From an uncultured Bacilli bacterium (GTDB lineage: Bacteria; Bacillota_I; Bacilli_A; RFN20; CAG-631), in assembly GCA_934201705.1 (NCBI GenBank), contig CAKPXF010000001.1, forward strand, positions 66,783 through 130,782: 64,000 nt of DNA, written 5' to 3'. Below the pieces are notes generated by a model. That model did not search any database, was not told the DNA's origin, and saw only the letters and a program-made list of their open reading frames with translations. A program made the translations under genes and the position numbers. Shown in pieces: positions 36,909 to 48,490 of this stretch (position 1 is its first letter; every line of letters starts with the position of its first letter).

Positions 36909-38225
36909 TTAATTCATATTTGAAAAGCGACCATATTTATTTTTCATTTGCTTCATCATTTCCTTCATCTGATCATATTTTTTCAAAACTTGATTTACAT
37001 CGCTAACTTCCATAGCACAGCCTTTAGCAATTCTTATTTTTCTACTAGCCTTTAATATTTCTGGATGTCTTCTTTCTTCTTTAGTCATTGATTGAATTAC
37101 AGCCTTAACACGCTTTAATTCTTTTTCACCCTTTGACATATCATCTTCGCTAATTTTTGGCATTCCAGGAATAAATTTCATTAATTTACTTAAAGAGCCC
37201 ATTTTATTGATTTGCTCCATACTTGCAAGCATATCCTCTAAATCATATTTCCCTTGCATCATTTTTTTGGCTTGACGCTTAGCTTCTTGCTCATCAATTT
37301 TATCTTGAACATTTTCAACAAGAGTTAAGATATCACCCATACCAATAATTCTATCAGCCATTCTGTCTGGATGGAATACTTCAATATCATCAACCTTTTC
37401 GCCAGTTGTTATAAACTTAATTGGAATACCAGTTAAATATTTAATAGATAAAGCAGCGCCACCACGAGCATCACTATCAAGCTTACTCATAACCATACCT
37501 GTTATTTTTACTTTTTCATTAAAAGCATTAGCAACATTAACTGAATCCTGGCCACTCATAGCATCAATAACAAGTAAGCGTTCATTAATATTAACTATGT
37601 TAGTAATATTTACTAATTCTTGCATTAATTGTTCATCTATTTGTAAACGCCCAGCAGTATCTATAATTACTACCTTGTTGTTTTTCTCTTTAGCATATTC
37701 AAGGGCCTTAACAACGATATTTTCAGCTGATTCGTTTTCAATGGTAAAGCATTCAACATCAATTGATTTTGCTAGTGTTTTTAATTGCTCTCTTGCAGCT
37801 GGTCTATAAATATCTGCTGCAACAAGTAAAGGATTCTTTCCTTGCTTTTTTAAAAGCTTAGCTAGCTTAGCACTAGTAGTTGTTTTACCACTACCATTTA
37901 AACCACACATTAAAATAGTACTAATTCCACTGCTTGCAAAATTTAAAGGCTTAGTCTCTTCACCAAATAGTTCAACTAATTCATCTTTTACAATTTTAAC
38001 AACCATTTGTGAGGCAGTTAATGATGAAATAACCTTTTGACCAATAGCTTTTTCCTTAACGTCGTTAACGAAATGCTTAACAACCTTAAAGTTAACATCA
38101 GCTTCAAGTAAAGCAATACGGATTTCTTTTAGCATATCATCCATATTTGCTTCTGTTAATTTTCCTTGTCCACTTATCTTTTTAAATATTGATTGTAATC
38201 TATCCTGTAAACCTTCAAAAGCCAT
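36909..38225 (-). CDS. ffh: Signal recognition particle protein Ffh (SRP54)
   Basis: 438 aa. NG domain with GLNGSGKTTT P-loop, DTAGR and TKLD motifs. Met-rich C-terminal M domain. Confidence 0.95.
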   Translation of the reverse strand: MAFEGLQDRLQSIFKKISGQGKLTEANMDDMLKEIRIALLEADVNFKVVKHFVNDVKEKAIGQKVISSLTASQMVVKIVKDELVELFGEETKPLNFASSGISTILMCGLNGSGKTTTSAKLAKLLKKQGKNPLLVAADIYRPAAREQLKTLAKSIDVECFTIENESAENIVVKALEYAKEKNNKVVIIDTAGRLQIDEQLMQELVNITNIVNINERLLVIDAMSGQDSVNVANAFNEKVKITGMVMSKLDSDARGGAALSIKYLTGIPIKFITTGEKVDDIEVFHPDRMADRIIGMGDILTLVENVQDKIDEQEAKRQAKKMMQGKYDLEDMLASMEQINKMGSLSKLMKFIPGMPKISEDDMSKGEKELKRVKAVIQSMTKEERRHPEILKASRKIRIAKGCAMEVSDVNQVLKKYDQMKEMMKQMKNKYGRFSNMN

Positions 38226-38239
38226 ATTAATCCCTCACT

Positions 38240-38536
38240 TTATAGTAAATCTTCAATTTTATTTTTAATATTTTCATCAATATCTTTTAATAATTCATGA
38301 ATTTTTTCTTTTTTGTCTAGCAAATGTAATTTGCTTTCATAATTTTCTAAAGTATTTGTCGTCCTTTTTATTAAATCAAAAACAGCAGAGCGAGTTGTTT
38401 TGTTATCAAGAGCAATTTCAGCAAGAGATAAATCATAAATATAATACATCTCCATAATTTCTTTTTGCTTATTTGTTAATAATGGTTCATAAATATCTAA
38501 TAAATTATTTACTCGTTCATTTTTAATTAAATCCAT
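38240..38536 (-). CDS. ylxM: YlxM/UPF0122 family putative SRP-associated HTH protein
   Basis: 98-aa ORF between ftsY and ffh with sigma-70 region-4-like HTH (LSLAEIALDNKTTRSAVFDLIKR), the conserved position and sequence of YlxM. Confidence 0.7.
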   Translation of the reverse strand: MDLIKNERVNNLLDIYEPLLTNKQKEIMEMYYIYDLSLAEIALDNKTTRSAVFDLIKRTTNTLENYESKLHLLDKKEKIHELLKDIDENIKNKIEDLL

Positions 38537-38547
38537 TTTTGTTTTCC

Positions 38548-38817
38548 TTATAAAAATAGCATAATTAAATCAAGTGCAAAGAATACTAAAAAGTAAATAA
38601 GCATAATTTTGTGAAATCCTGGTTGCTTATAAAATTCCTTTCTATAGCCTGCTGGTACCGCAAATATTGCAGCAAAGAAAGCGATTATCAAACTTGAAAG
38701 CATATAAAAGGCCATTCTTCCATATAGAGTGTTTATAACAGATGCTAATGCAAATGATAAAACATTATTCACTACTACTTGTAATAATAAAAATATAAAT
38801 AAAAATGCAAAATTCAT
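38548..38817 (-). CDS. Small hydrophobic membrane protein (89 aa, ~3 TM), unknown function
   Basis: The ORF is inserted between ftsY and ylxM and is almost entirely hydrophobic (FAFLFIFLLLQVVVNNVLSFALASV...). Confidence 0.4.
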   Translation of the reverse strand: MNFAFLFIFLLLQVVVNNVLSFALASVINTLYGRMAFYMLSSLIIAFFAAIFAVPAGYRKEFYKQPGFHKIMLIYFLVFFALDLIMLFL

Positions 38818-38818
38818 G

Positions 38819-39805
38819 CTATTCCTCCATTCCTTTAGTTAGCCCGTATAAATAGTTATCTAAATCAAAGTCTTCAATGTCATCAATCTTTTCACCAAAG
38901 CAAACAAATTTTACTGGAATATTTAATTCATCCTTAATTGCTAAAATAATACCACCTTTACTAGTAGAGTCCATTTTAGTTAAGACAATTCCAGTTACAT
39001 GAACTGCATCAAAGAAAGCTTTGGCTTGTAAAACACCATTTTGACCAGTTGTAGCATCAATAATTAATAAAACATCATTTGCTTCATGGTTTAATACTTT
39101 ATTAATTATACGATTCATTTTAGAAAGCTCGTCCATTAAATTTTGCTTTGTTTGAATTCTTCCAGCTGTATCACAAATTAATAAGTCATAGCCTTCATTT
39201 TTAGCTTTTGTAGTTGCATCATAAATAACAGATGAAGGATCAGAATTTTCCTTTCCACAAACGATATCTACGCCGACCTTTTCAGCCCAAATTTTAAGTT
39301 GGCTAACAGCTCCTGCTCTAAATGTATCAGCTGCAGCAAGCAATACCTTATGCCCCTTCTTTTTATAGCGAGCACAAAGCTTAGCAATCGATGTTGTTTT
39401 ACCAACGCCATTTACTCCAACAACTAGCACAACACTAACTCCATCTTGCTGTAAATTAAGCTCGGTATTAACAACGCCATTATTAGCATATGCAATAAAC
39501 ATCTTATCTACTAATATTTCATTAATTTTATTAACATCAGTTATTTGCTTTAGCTTTACCTCTTGGCGTGTTGCTTCAACAATACTTAAAGCAGTGTTTA
39601 CGCCAACATCAGAAAGAATTAAAATTTGTTCTAATTCTTCAAAGTATTCTTCATCAACCTTGTTGTGCTTAGCCTTAAGTTCAGCAAGCTTATCAACAAA
39701 GTTTTTTCTTGATTTGTCTAACCCTGAAACATATTTTGTTGATATATCAGTGCCATTTTTCTTTTTATTAAATAATTTTTCCTTTAATTTATCAAAAAAC
39801 CCCAT
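38819..39805 (-). CDS. ftsY: Signal recognition particle receptor FtsY
   Basis: 328 aa. NG domain with GVNGVGKTTS P-loop, DTAGR and TKMD motifs. Confidence 0.95.
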   Translation of the reverse strand: MGFFDKLKEKLFNKKKNGTDISTKYVSGLDKSRKNFVDKLAELKAKHNKVDEEYFEELEQILILSDVGVNTALSIVEATRQEVKLKQITDVNKINEILVDKMFIAYANNGVVNTELNLQQDGVSVVLVVGVNGVGKTTSIAKLCARYKKKGHKVLLAAADTFRAGAVSQLKIWAEKVGVDIVCGKENSDPSSVIYDATTKAKNEGYDLLICDTAGRIQTKQNLMDELSKMNRIINKVLNHEANDVLLIIDATTGQNGVLQAKAFFDAVHVTGIVLTKMDSTSKGGIILAIKDELNIPVKFVCFGEKIDDIEDFDLDNYLYGLTKGMEE

Positions 39806-39814
39806 TTTATTCTC

Positions 39815-40507
39815 CTATTTTGCAAGCTTGCTTAAAGCTACTTTAGCTGCTTCCTGCTCAGCATGCTTTTTTGATTTCCCTTTGCCTTCACCTAAAGTAA
39901 TTCCATCATGAATAACTCTACAATAGAAGGTTTTATCATTATCTTTACCTTCAGTTTTTATTAATTCATATTTTAAAGGCTTCCTTGAATCAGATTGAAT
40001 TAGTTCTTGAAGGGATGATTTATAATCTTCAACATCCTCATCATCTAATTCACTAAGTATTCTATTAAGCCAAATTCTTGCAACCTTTCTTGCAATTTGG
40101 TAGCCACAATCTAAAAAAATTGCTCCTAAAAATGCTTCAACTACATTTTCAATAATTTTTTCCTTTTTGCCACGATCTTTTTCTTCACCATGTCCTAAAT
40201 ACATCATTTCATGTATATTAAGTTCACGACCAAGCATAGCAAATGATTCCGTTCTAACAAGCTTACTTCTAAGCTTTGTTAATTCTCCTTCACTTAACTG
40301 AGGATATTTATGGTAGATTAATTCTGCTGAAACAAGTTGGAAAACAGCATCTCCCATAAATTCTAGTTTTTCATAATCCTTATATTTTTTTTCGTGAAAT
40401 TCATTAGCATAAGACGAATGTGTTAATGCTTCGACATACAAGTCTTCATTTTTAGGGGAAATATTGTATTTAGAAAGTAATGATTTATAATTAATTTTTG
40501 GTTCCAT
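39815..40507 (-). CDS. rnc: Ribonuclease III
   Basis: RNase III signature EKLEFMGDAV and a C-terminal dsRBD (AEQEAAKVALSKL). 230 aa. Confidence 0.9.
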   Translation of the reverse strand: MEPKINYKSLLSKYNISPKNEDLYVEALTHSSYANEFHEKKYKDYEKLEFMGDAVFQLVSAELIYHKYPQLSEGELTKLRSKLVRTESFAMLGRELNIHEMMYLGHGEEKDRGKKEKIIENVVEAFLGAIFLDCGYQIARKVARIWLNRILSELDDEDVEDYKSSLQELIQSDSRKPLKYELIKTEGKDNDKTFYCRVIHDGITLGEGKGKSKKHAEQEAAKVALSKLAK

Positions 40508-41483
40508 ATTTTTCCTTTAATGACTCAATCATTGGTGAATTAACCATAGAAATAGCATATTCAATTGCTGTTTTAAAAGCAACCTCATTTGCATTTCCGT
40601 GAGCTTTCACACATACTTTATTAATTCCCATTAAGCATGCGCCTCCACCTTTTGATGGATCAATTCTTTTCTTTAAATTTTTTAAAGCAGGATAAGCAAT
40701 TTTAGCACCAATCTTTGTTCTTAAATTCATATACAAAGATTCTTTTAATATACTAGACACTAGCATTGCTGTTCCTTCAATTGACTTTAATAAAACATTT
40801 CCTGCATATCCGCCTGTTGCTAAAACATCAACAGTACCATTTAAGCATTCCTTTGCTTCAATATTTCCTTTAAACCAAGAATATCCAGCATTTTTTAATA
40901 TTTGGTAAGCTTCTTTTCCTTCTGGGCATCCTTTATGTTCTTCTGCACCATTACTTAATAAATAAACATTTACATCATCTTTCTTATAGACATTCCTATA
41001 TACGCATTCACCAATTTCAGCAAATTGTGCAATTTGCTCTGCATTATTTTCATTAGATGCCCCAACATCTAAAATTAATGTGTACTTGTTTTCTTTTAAT
41101 GTAGGCATAAATGTTCCAAGTGCTGCTCTTTTAACTCCAGGAATTAATTTGACCTTTAATGTTGAAAGCGTTAAAAAAGCACCAGTTGAACCACATGACA
41201 CAACACCATCACAAGTATTATTGGCAACTAATTCAACGGCCTTATTCATACTTGTTTCCTTCTTCTTTAAAATTGTTAAGGCACCATCTTCCATGCCCAT
41301 AACATCACGTGCATCTATAATTGTAGCTTTATTTTCAAGTTCACTTAGCTCTTCTTTTTTTCCTACAACATAAAACTCAACGTCATTATGCTCACTTAAG
41401 TAGTTTAATACTGCTTTAACAACAATCTTTGAGCCTAAATCGCCGCCCATAGCGTCAATTGCTAATTTAATCATATTACTCAC
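40491..41483 (-). CDS. plsX: Phosphate acyltransferase PlsX
   Basis: 330 aa with the PlsX N-terminal IAIDAMGGD motif. Conserved position upstream of rnc. Confidence 0.9.
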   Translation of the reverse strand: MSNMIKLAIDAMGGDLGSKIVVKAVLNYLSEHNDVEFYVVGKKEELSELENKATIIDARDVMGMEDGALTILKKKETSMNKAVELVANNTCDGVVSCGSTGAFLTLSTLKVKLIPGVKRAALGTFMPTLKENKYTLILDVGASNENNAEQIAQFAEIGECVYRNVYKKDDVNVYLLSNGAEEHKGCPEGKEAYQILKNAGYSWFKGNIEAKECLNGTVDVLATGGYAGNVLLKSIEGTAMLVSSILKESLYMNLRTKIGAKIAYPALKNLKKRIDPSKGGGACLMGINKVCVKAHGNANEVAFKTAIEYAISMVNSPMIESLKEKYGTKN

Positions 41484-41625
41484 CCGTGGTTATTATACCA
41501 TAAAATCACCTACTTTACTTATTTTTTTTAAAAATAGTAAAAATAGCAAAATGGCTTTATTTTTCTTTGTTTATTTACATGTTAGATGGTATAATACTAT
41601 TGCTATTTTCAAAAGGAGTGATACT

Positions 41626-43749
41626 ATGGATAATTTAAAAGAGCTTTTAAATGATAAACAATACGAGGCAGCAACTTCTGATAGTAAATATTTAAGAATA
41701 ATTGCTGGTGCTGGAAGTGGAAAAACAAGAGTATTAACCTATAGAATCGCCTATTTAATTGAAAATAGACATTACTATCCATCAAGTATTTTAGCAATTA
41801 CATTTACTAATAAAGCAGCAAGTGAAATAAGAGAACGTGTTGAACAAACTCTAAATATGGGCCATTTAAGAATGAATATTTCTACATTTCACTCATTTTG
41901 CTCAAGAATTTTAAGAGAAGAATGTAAAGCACTTAATTATCCATCTAATTTTACTGTTTTAGATGAAGATGATCAAAAGAAAATTGTTAAAGATATTATT
42001 AAAGAAAATGATTTTGATGAAAAGCAATTAAAGCTTTCGTCATGCATTGATTATATTGCTTCAATGAAAAATAAATGGATTGGAGTAGATGAGGCCTTAA
42101 AAATTACAAGTAATAATTATTATTCCCATCAAAGAGCTTTAATTTATCAACAATACGAATCTTTTTTAAATAAAAACTTTGCTTTTGATTTTGATGATTT
42201 AATTTTAAAAACTATAAAAATATTCGATGAATACCCATCAATTTTAGAAAAATGGCAAAATAGAATTCATCATATTTTGGTTGATGAATTTCAAGATGTT
42301 GACCCAAATCAATTTAAACTACTAACACAGCTTGCAGGAGAAAATAATGAAATAACTGTAGTTGGTGATCCTGATCAAACAATCTATACATGGCGAGGAG
42401 CAGATATAAGTATTATTTTAAATTTTGATAAAACATTTAAGGATTGTAAAACAATTTCTTTAGAGCAAAATTATCGTTCATCTGGAAACATTTTAAATGT
42501 TGCTAATAGATTAATTGAGCATAATCATAAAAGAATTAAAAAGAATTTATTTACAAATGCTGATTTAGGCTTTGAAATTTCACAGTTTACTGCTGATAAT
42601 GAAATAAAGGAAGCTGAATATGTTGTTGATAATATTAATGATTTATACGATGGAAAGACAACATTTTATAGGGATTGTGCTATTTTATATCGTACAAATG
42701 CGCAATCAGCGCCTCTTGAAGAAGTATTAATGAATAGAGGAATTAAATACAAAATTTATGGTGGAATTAAATTTTATAGACGTATGGAAATTAAAGATTG
42801 TATTGCTTATTTAAGATTAGCGACAAATCTAAATGATGATTTATCTTGCTTAAGATTAATAGAAAATAGTGGAAGAGGAATTGGAAAAACCACTCTTGAC
42901 AAAATAAAAGCAAATGCTACAACTGAAAATGTTTCAGTATTTACTCATTTAAAGCAATCAATTAATGATTTACCAATTCTTTATAAAAAAAAGCAAGGAG
43001 AATCACTAGCTTGTTTTGTAAAACAATTAGCGGAGCTTCACGATCAACTAGCTTTAGATAGTAAAAATACAGCTACCATATTAGATGACCATTTACATAA
43101 GTATGGCTATTACGATATGTTAATTAATTATGAAATGGATGAAAAAATCGATAATATTCATCAATTTATTGGACAAATAAAGGCTTATTTTGCTCTTGAG
43201 GACGCAAGCCTTGATGAGTTTGTTCAAAATATCACATTAATGTCTGCTCAGGATGAAATGGAAGATGATACTTCGTCTGATTTCGTAAGATTGATGACTA
43301 TTCATACTGCTAAGGGCCTTGAATTTGATAATGTTTTTATTTATGGTTTAGTCGATCAAATTTTCCCAAGCACGCGTACAATTAATGAAAGTGTTGATGG
43401 TATTGAAGAAGAAAGGCGTTTATTTTATGTTGCTATAACAAGAGCAAGAAAACGTTTGTTTTTATCAACGTCAGGTGGTTATTCATATATGGGCCCTCGA
43501 GTTCCTTCACGCTTTTTAAGAGAAATTAAAAAGACTGCTGAGGTTGAAAAGGTTGTTATTAGAAATGATAATGTTAAAAAATTTGAACCAACTAATATTA
43601 GAGCTGGTTCAGTTATAAACCATGATATTTTTGGCGAAGGTATTGTAATTAGTGAAAGTGATGGAATTATAGATGTAGTATTTAAAGATCCAAAATTTAA
43701 TCGTAAAAAATTAAATGCTTCACATAAATTTGTTCATTTAATAAAATAG
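41626..43749 (+). CDS. pcrA: ATP-dependent DNA helicase PcrA (UvrD family)
   Basis: UvrD motifs: GAGSGKT (Walker A), DEFQD (motif II), RS..NIL, VAITRA. The start is set at ATG 41626 (MDNLKELL), preceded by the RBS AAAGGAG, rather than the track's upstream extension. Confidence 0.9.
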   Translation: MDNLKELLNDKQYEAATSDSKYLRIIAGAGSGKTRVLTYRIAYLIENRHYYPSSILAITFTNKAASEIRERVEQTLNMGHLRMNISTFHSFCSRILREECKALNYPSNFTVLDEDDQKKIVKDIIKENDFDEKQLKLSSCIDYIASMKNKWIGVDEALKITSNNYYSHQRALIYQQYESFLNKNFAFDFDDLILKTIKIFDEYPSILEKWQNRIHHILVDEFQDVDPNQFKLLTQLAGENNEITVVGDPDQTIYTWRGADISIILNFDKTFKDCKTISLEQNYRSSGNILNVANRLIEHNHKRIKKNLFTNADLGFEISQFTADNEIKEAEYVVDNINDLYDGKTTFYRDCAILYRTNAQSAPLEEVLMNRGIKYKIYGGIKFYRRMEIKDCIAYLRLATNLNDDLSCLRLIENSGRGIGKTTLDKIKANATTENVSVFTHLKQSINDLPILYKKKQGESLACFVKQLAELHDQLALDSKNTATILDDHLHKYGYYDMLINYEMDEKIDNIHQFIGQIKAYFALEDASLDEFVQNITLMSAQDEMEDDTSSDFVRLMTIHTAKGLEFDNVFIYGLVDQIFPSTRTINESVDGIEEERRLFYVAITRARKRLFLSTSGGYSYMGPRVPSRFLREIKKTAEVEKVVIRNDNVKKFEPTNIRAGSVINHDIFGEGIVISESDGIIDVVFKDPKFNRKKLNASHKFVHLIK

Positions 43750-43762
43750 GGGGAAAAATTAA

Positions 43763-45784
<2,022 letters not shown>

Positions 45785-45785
45785 A

Positions 45786-45815
45786 AAGTGTTCAAAATCT
45801 GAACACTTTTTAACA
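45786..45815. terminator. Bidirectional hairpin terminator between ligA (+) and the HTH-TM regulator gene (-)
   Basis: aaagtgttc-aaaatct-gaacacttt flanked by A and T tracts. Confidence 0.6.
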
Positions 45816-47120
45816 TCAGTATAGGTATATTTTACTATCACCATATGGATTTTTTCCATTTTCCTTTCTAGTTAATGAATAAGCATATCCATCAATTACC
45901 TCTAGTTCAATAATGCTAACATTTTTATACTCAGGGAATGAAATCTTCGTTTCTTTTTCATTAGCAATTGTAACAGTAAGATTTGATTTTACTAAGGTAT
46001 TATTTGCATCTATATAAGAAAATGATATTCTTGCTAAAATATAATATTTTACAAAATAAAAACCATTCTTGTAGCTTATAGTAATGCCATTTTCCTTTTC
46101 ATTTAAAGAAAATCGTTCAAAAAATGTTTTTTTATCAATGCTATTTTTAACTATTTCATATGAATCAGAAGCCATATAGTAATTATCATTATCATAATTA
46201 ATGGTTTCATTATCATATTTTTCGCTAAATTTATTGTGCAAGCTTGTATCCTTATAAATGCTTAAAATGAAATTTCCATAGGCTTCTTTTTTTTCACCAT
46301 TTTTAGTGGTAAAGAAAACTAAAGGGTTAGTGTGTTCACTACTTATATAGCTAATACTTAAAATATAAGGATCTAACGATGTGTATAAATCTCTATTAAC
46401 ATTTAATGGCTTAAAGAAGTAAAACACATAGCTTTCCATAATACCGTCATTAATTTCTTTATATGATTCCTTTTCATCATAGCTTATTAAATATTTATTA
46501 TCACATTTTGTTTTAATTCCAGTATCTTCGTTATAATAATTAGCTTCAGGATACTTACATGGATAATATATATTAGTTATATATGGATTATTATTTAAAT
46601 AGTTAAATATTCTAGTAGCATATTGCTCAAAGGATTCTATATTATCAATAGTTGTTATATAATCCTCATCATCGTTATCATAATAAACATCATATTCCTT
46701 AGCGTTTAGCTTTTTATTAACTCTTGGCATATCTACTAATCCAATGTTCTTTAAATATTTCTCATTGAAATAGCCATTTTCTGTTATAATATTTTGCATT
46801 CTTTTATTATAAATTTGTAAGCAAATACAAGATGATAAAAGCATTATTGCAATAGATGAAATAATAATTATTAAAATAGTTTTTAATCTATTTATTTTAC
46901 GATTTTCCTTAATGTTTTTCTCAAGATCGTTGTAACTAAATAAATTATTTTCATCAATATTGAAAAGATTACAAATATCTTGTAATGATTCTTTATTTGG
47001 AATTCCCCTTCCTTGCTCCCATTTTGCAACTGCTGATCTTGAAATAGAAAGCTTTGAAGCAAGTTCATCTTGAGTTAAATTGGCATTTATGCGTAGCTCT
47101 TTTAATCTATCACAAAACAT
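45816..47120 (-). CDS. Membrane-tethered XRE-family transcriptional regulator: N-terminal HTH, single TM, ~320-aa extracytoplasmic domain
   Basis: The HTH_3 region is LKELRINANLTQDELASKLSISRSAVAKWEQGRGIPNKESLQDICNLFNID. The TM segment is LKTILIIIISSIAIMLLSSCICLQIY. A Tyr/Asn/Asp-rich C-terminal domain follows. Confidence 0.7.
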   Translation of the reverse strand: MFCDRLKELRINANLTQDELASKLSISRSAVAKWEQGRGIPNKESLQDICNLFNIDENNLFSYNDLEKNIKENRKINRLKTILIIIISSIAIMLLSSCICLQIYNKRMQNIITENGYFNEKYLKNIGLVDMPRVNKKLNAKEYDVYYDNDDEDYITTIDNIESFEQYATRIFNYLNNNPYITNIYYPCKYPEANYYNEDTGIKTKCDNKYLISYDEKESYKEINDGIMESYVFYFFKPLNVNRDLYTSLDPYILSISYISSEHTNPLVFFTTKNGEKKEAYGNFILSIYKDTSLHNKFSEKYDNETINYDNDNYYMASDSYEIVKNSIDKKTFFERFSLNEKENGITISYKNGFYFVKYYILARISFSYIDANNTLVKSNLTVTIANEKETKISFPEYKNVSIIELEVIDGYAYSLTRKENGKNPYGDSKIYLY

Positions 47121-47139
47121 ATAAATTTACTCCATTATG

Positions 47140-48354
47140 TTATCTATGTAATTTACTAATTTCTTTTTTCTTTTTTCTATATATTTTATTTTCTTTTAAA
47201 AATACAAGCTTTATTATAAACCAAAATAGAAATGTTAAAGCAAAGCCATATAAAATCCAACAATCATAATTTTTAAATGTATTGGCTATGCAGTTTGGTT
47301 GTATTAAAATAGCACCAATCAATAAAGATATCATTAAAAAGCAAATTGATTTTCCATAAAATGGCTTACTATTAAAAAATCCTATTATTGAATTAATTAA
47401 GGTAATTAATGAAGCTACAAGTGTTAATAGATAAAAAGAAGATATTGCATAAAAAGAAACTTGTACTCCTATATTATTAAAATTATTTATAAATGAAGAA
47501 ACAAATGGTAATGATGAAATTAAATAATCTCCATTTTCATTGACTAAATACTTAGATATTGTAGAAAAATCATTTGGTGAGTTAATCCACAATTTTATGC
47601 ATTCCTTACCAGTTATTATTGAATTTGTAGCTGTTTTATTTATTAGATTGAAAATAGTATTATAAACAGTATCTTTTGTTACAATAGGAACAAATAAGCA
47701 TACTAAAGCAATAGTGGCTACTAAAATTGTTTGTAGGAAAATAAAAATTCTTTTTCTTGGTAATAAAACGATTTCCCTTAAGTTATTACTAACTTCATTT
47801 TCAACAATATCATTGCTAGCTTTTACGATATCGTCATTTTCTTCATTAGAAATATTTTCTTCATTTATTATGCTTTGATCTTTAGTTTCAACTACATTTT
47901 TATTTTCATTTAATTTTTCAATATCATTTTCTTTAATTATTGTTGACTCTTTTTTATCTTCTATTTCATCATTGATTAATTCATTAGCATTTAATGGCTT
48001 ATTACAGCGTGTACAGGTTTTAAAGCGAGCATCTTGAATTTGCCCACAATAAGGACAAATGGTTTTATTAATCTTATTTCCACAGCTAGGACAAAATTGC
48101 TGTGAAATAAGGACCTTATTTCCACAATTATCACAATAAATTGATTTAATTGATTGACCTTCCTCTTTTTTTGTTAAAGCTTCCGTGTTTTGGTTTTCAT
48201 CTTTTTTTATTTCTTCCTTTTTAACCTCATTTTTAATAAAGCTATATTGACAGTTATTACAAGATTTAGCATCTAAAGGTAATAACGAATTACACTTAGG
48301 GCATTTTTTTACTGCAAGATATGGAAGATTTTGTTGATTATACAATCCGTGCAT
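47140..48354 (-). CDS. Triple zinc-ribbon (3 x CxxC...CxxC) protein fused to a C-terminal polytopic membrane domain; unknown function
   Basis: The three zinc ribbons are CPKCNSLLPLDAKSCNNCQY, CDNCGNKVLISQQFCPSCGNK and CPYCGQIQDARFKTCTRCNK. An acidic linker and ~5 TM helices follow. The gene sits 19 nt upstream of, and is likely co-transcribed with, the HTH-TM regulator gene. Confidence 0.65.
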   Translation of the reverse strand: MHGLYNQQNLPYLAVKKCPKCNSLLPLDAKSCNNCQYSFIKNEVKKEEIKKDENQNTEALTKKEEGQSIKSIYCDNCGNKVLISQQFCPSCGNKINKTICPYCGQIQDARFKTCTRCNKPLNANELINDEIEDKKESTIIKENDIEKLNENKNVVETKDQSIINEENISNEENDDIVKASNDIVENEVSNNLREIVLLPRKRIFIFLQTILVATIALVCLFVPIVTKDTVYNTIFNLINKTATNSIITGKECIKLWINSPNDFSTISKYLVNENGDYLISSLPFVSSFINNFNNIGVQVSFYAISSFYLLTLVASLITLINSIIGFFNSKPFYGKSICFLMISLLIGAILIQPNCIANTFKNYDCWILYGFALTFLFWFIIKLVFLKENKIYRKKKKEISKLHR

Positions 48355-48490
48355 ATTATCGCCTCCAATAATATAAATTATATCTTAAAAAACTTTTAAT
48401 AGCAATTAATATGGAAGAAAAATGTTGCATATAAAATATTTATATTTTAAGTTAAAGCCTAATATGATAAAATAACACCTGGTGATGAAT

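Noticed and set aside
41551-41625. Upstream extension of the pcrA ORF (MALFFFVYLHVRWYNTIAIFKRSDT...)
   Set aside because: The extension overlaps the promoter region, has no RBS and is hydrophobic junk. The ATG at 41626 has an AAAGGAG RBS and starts the conserved PcrA N-terminus.
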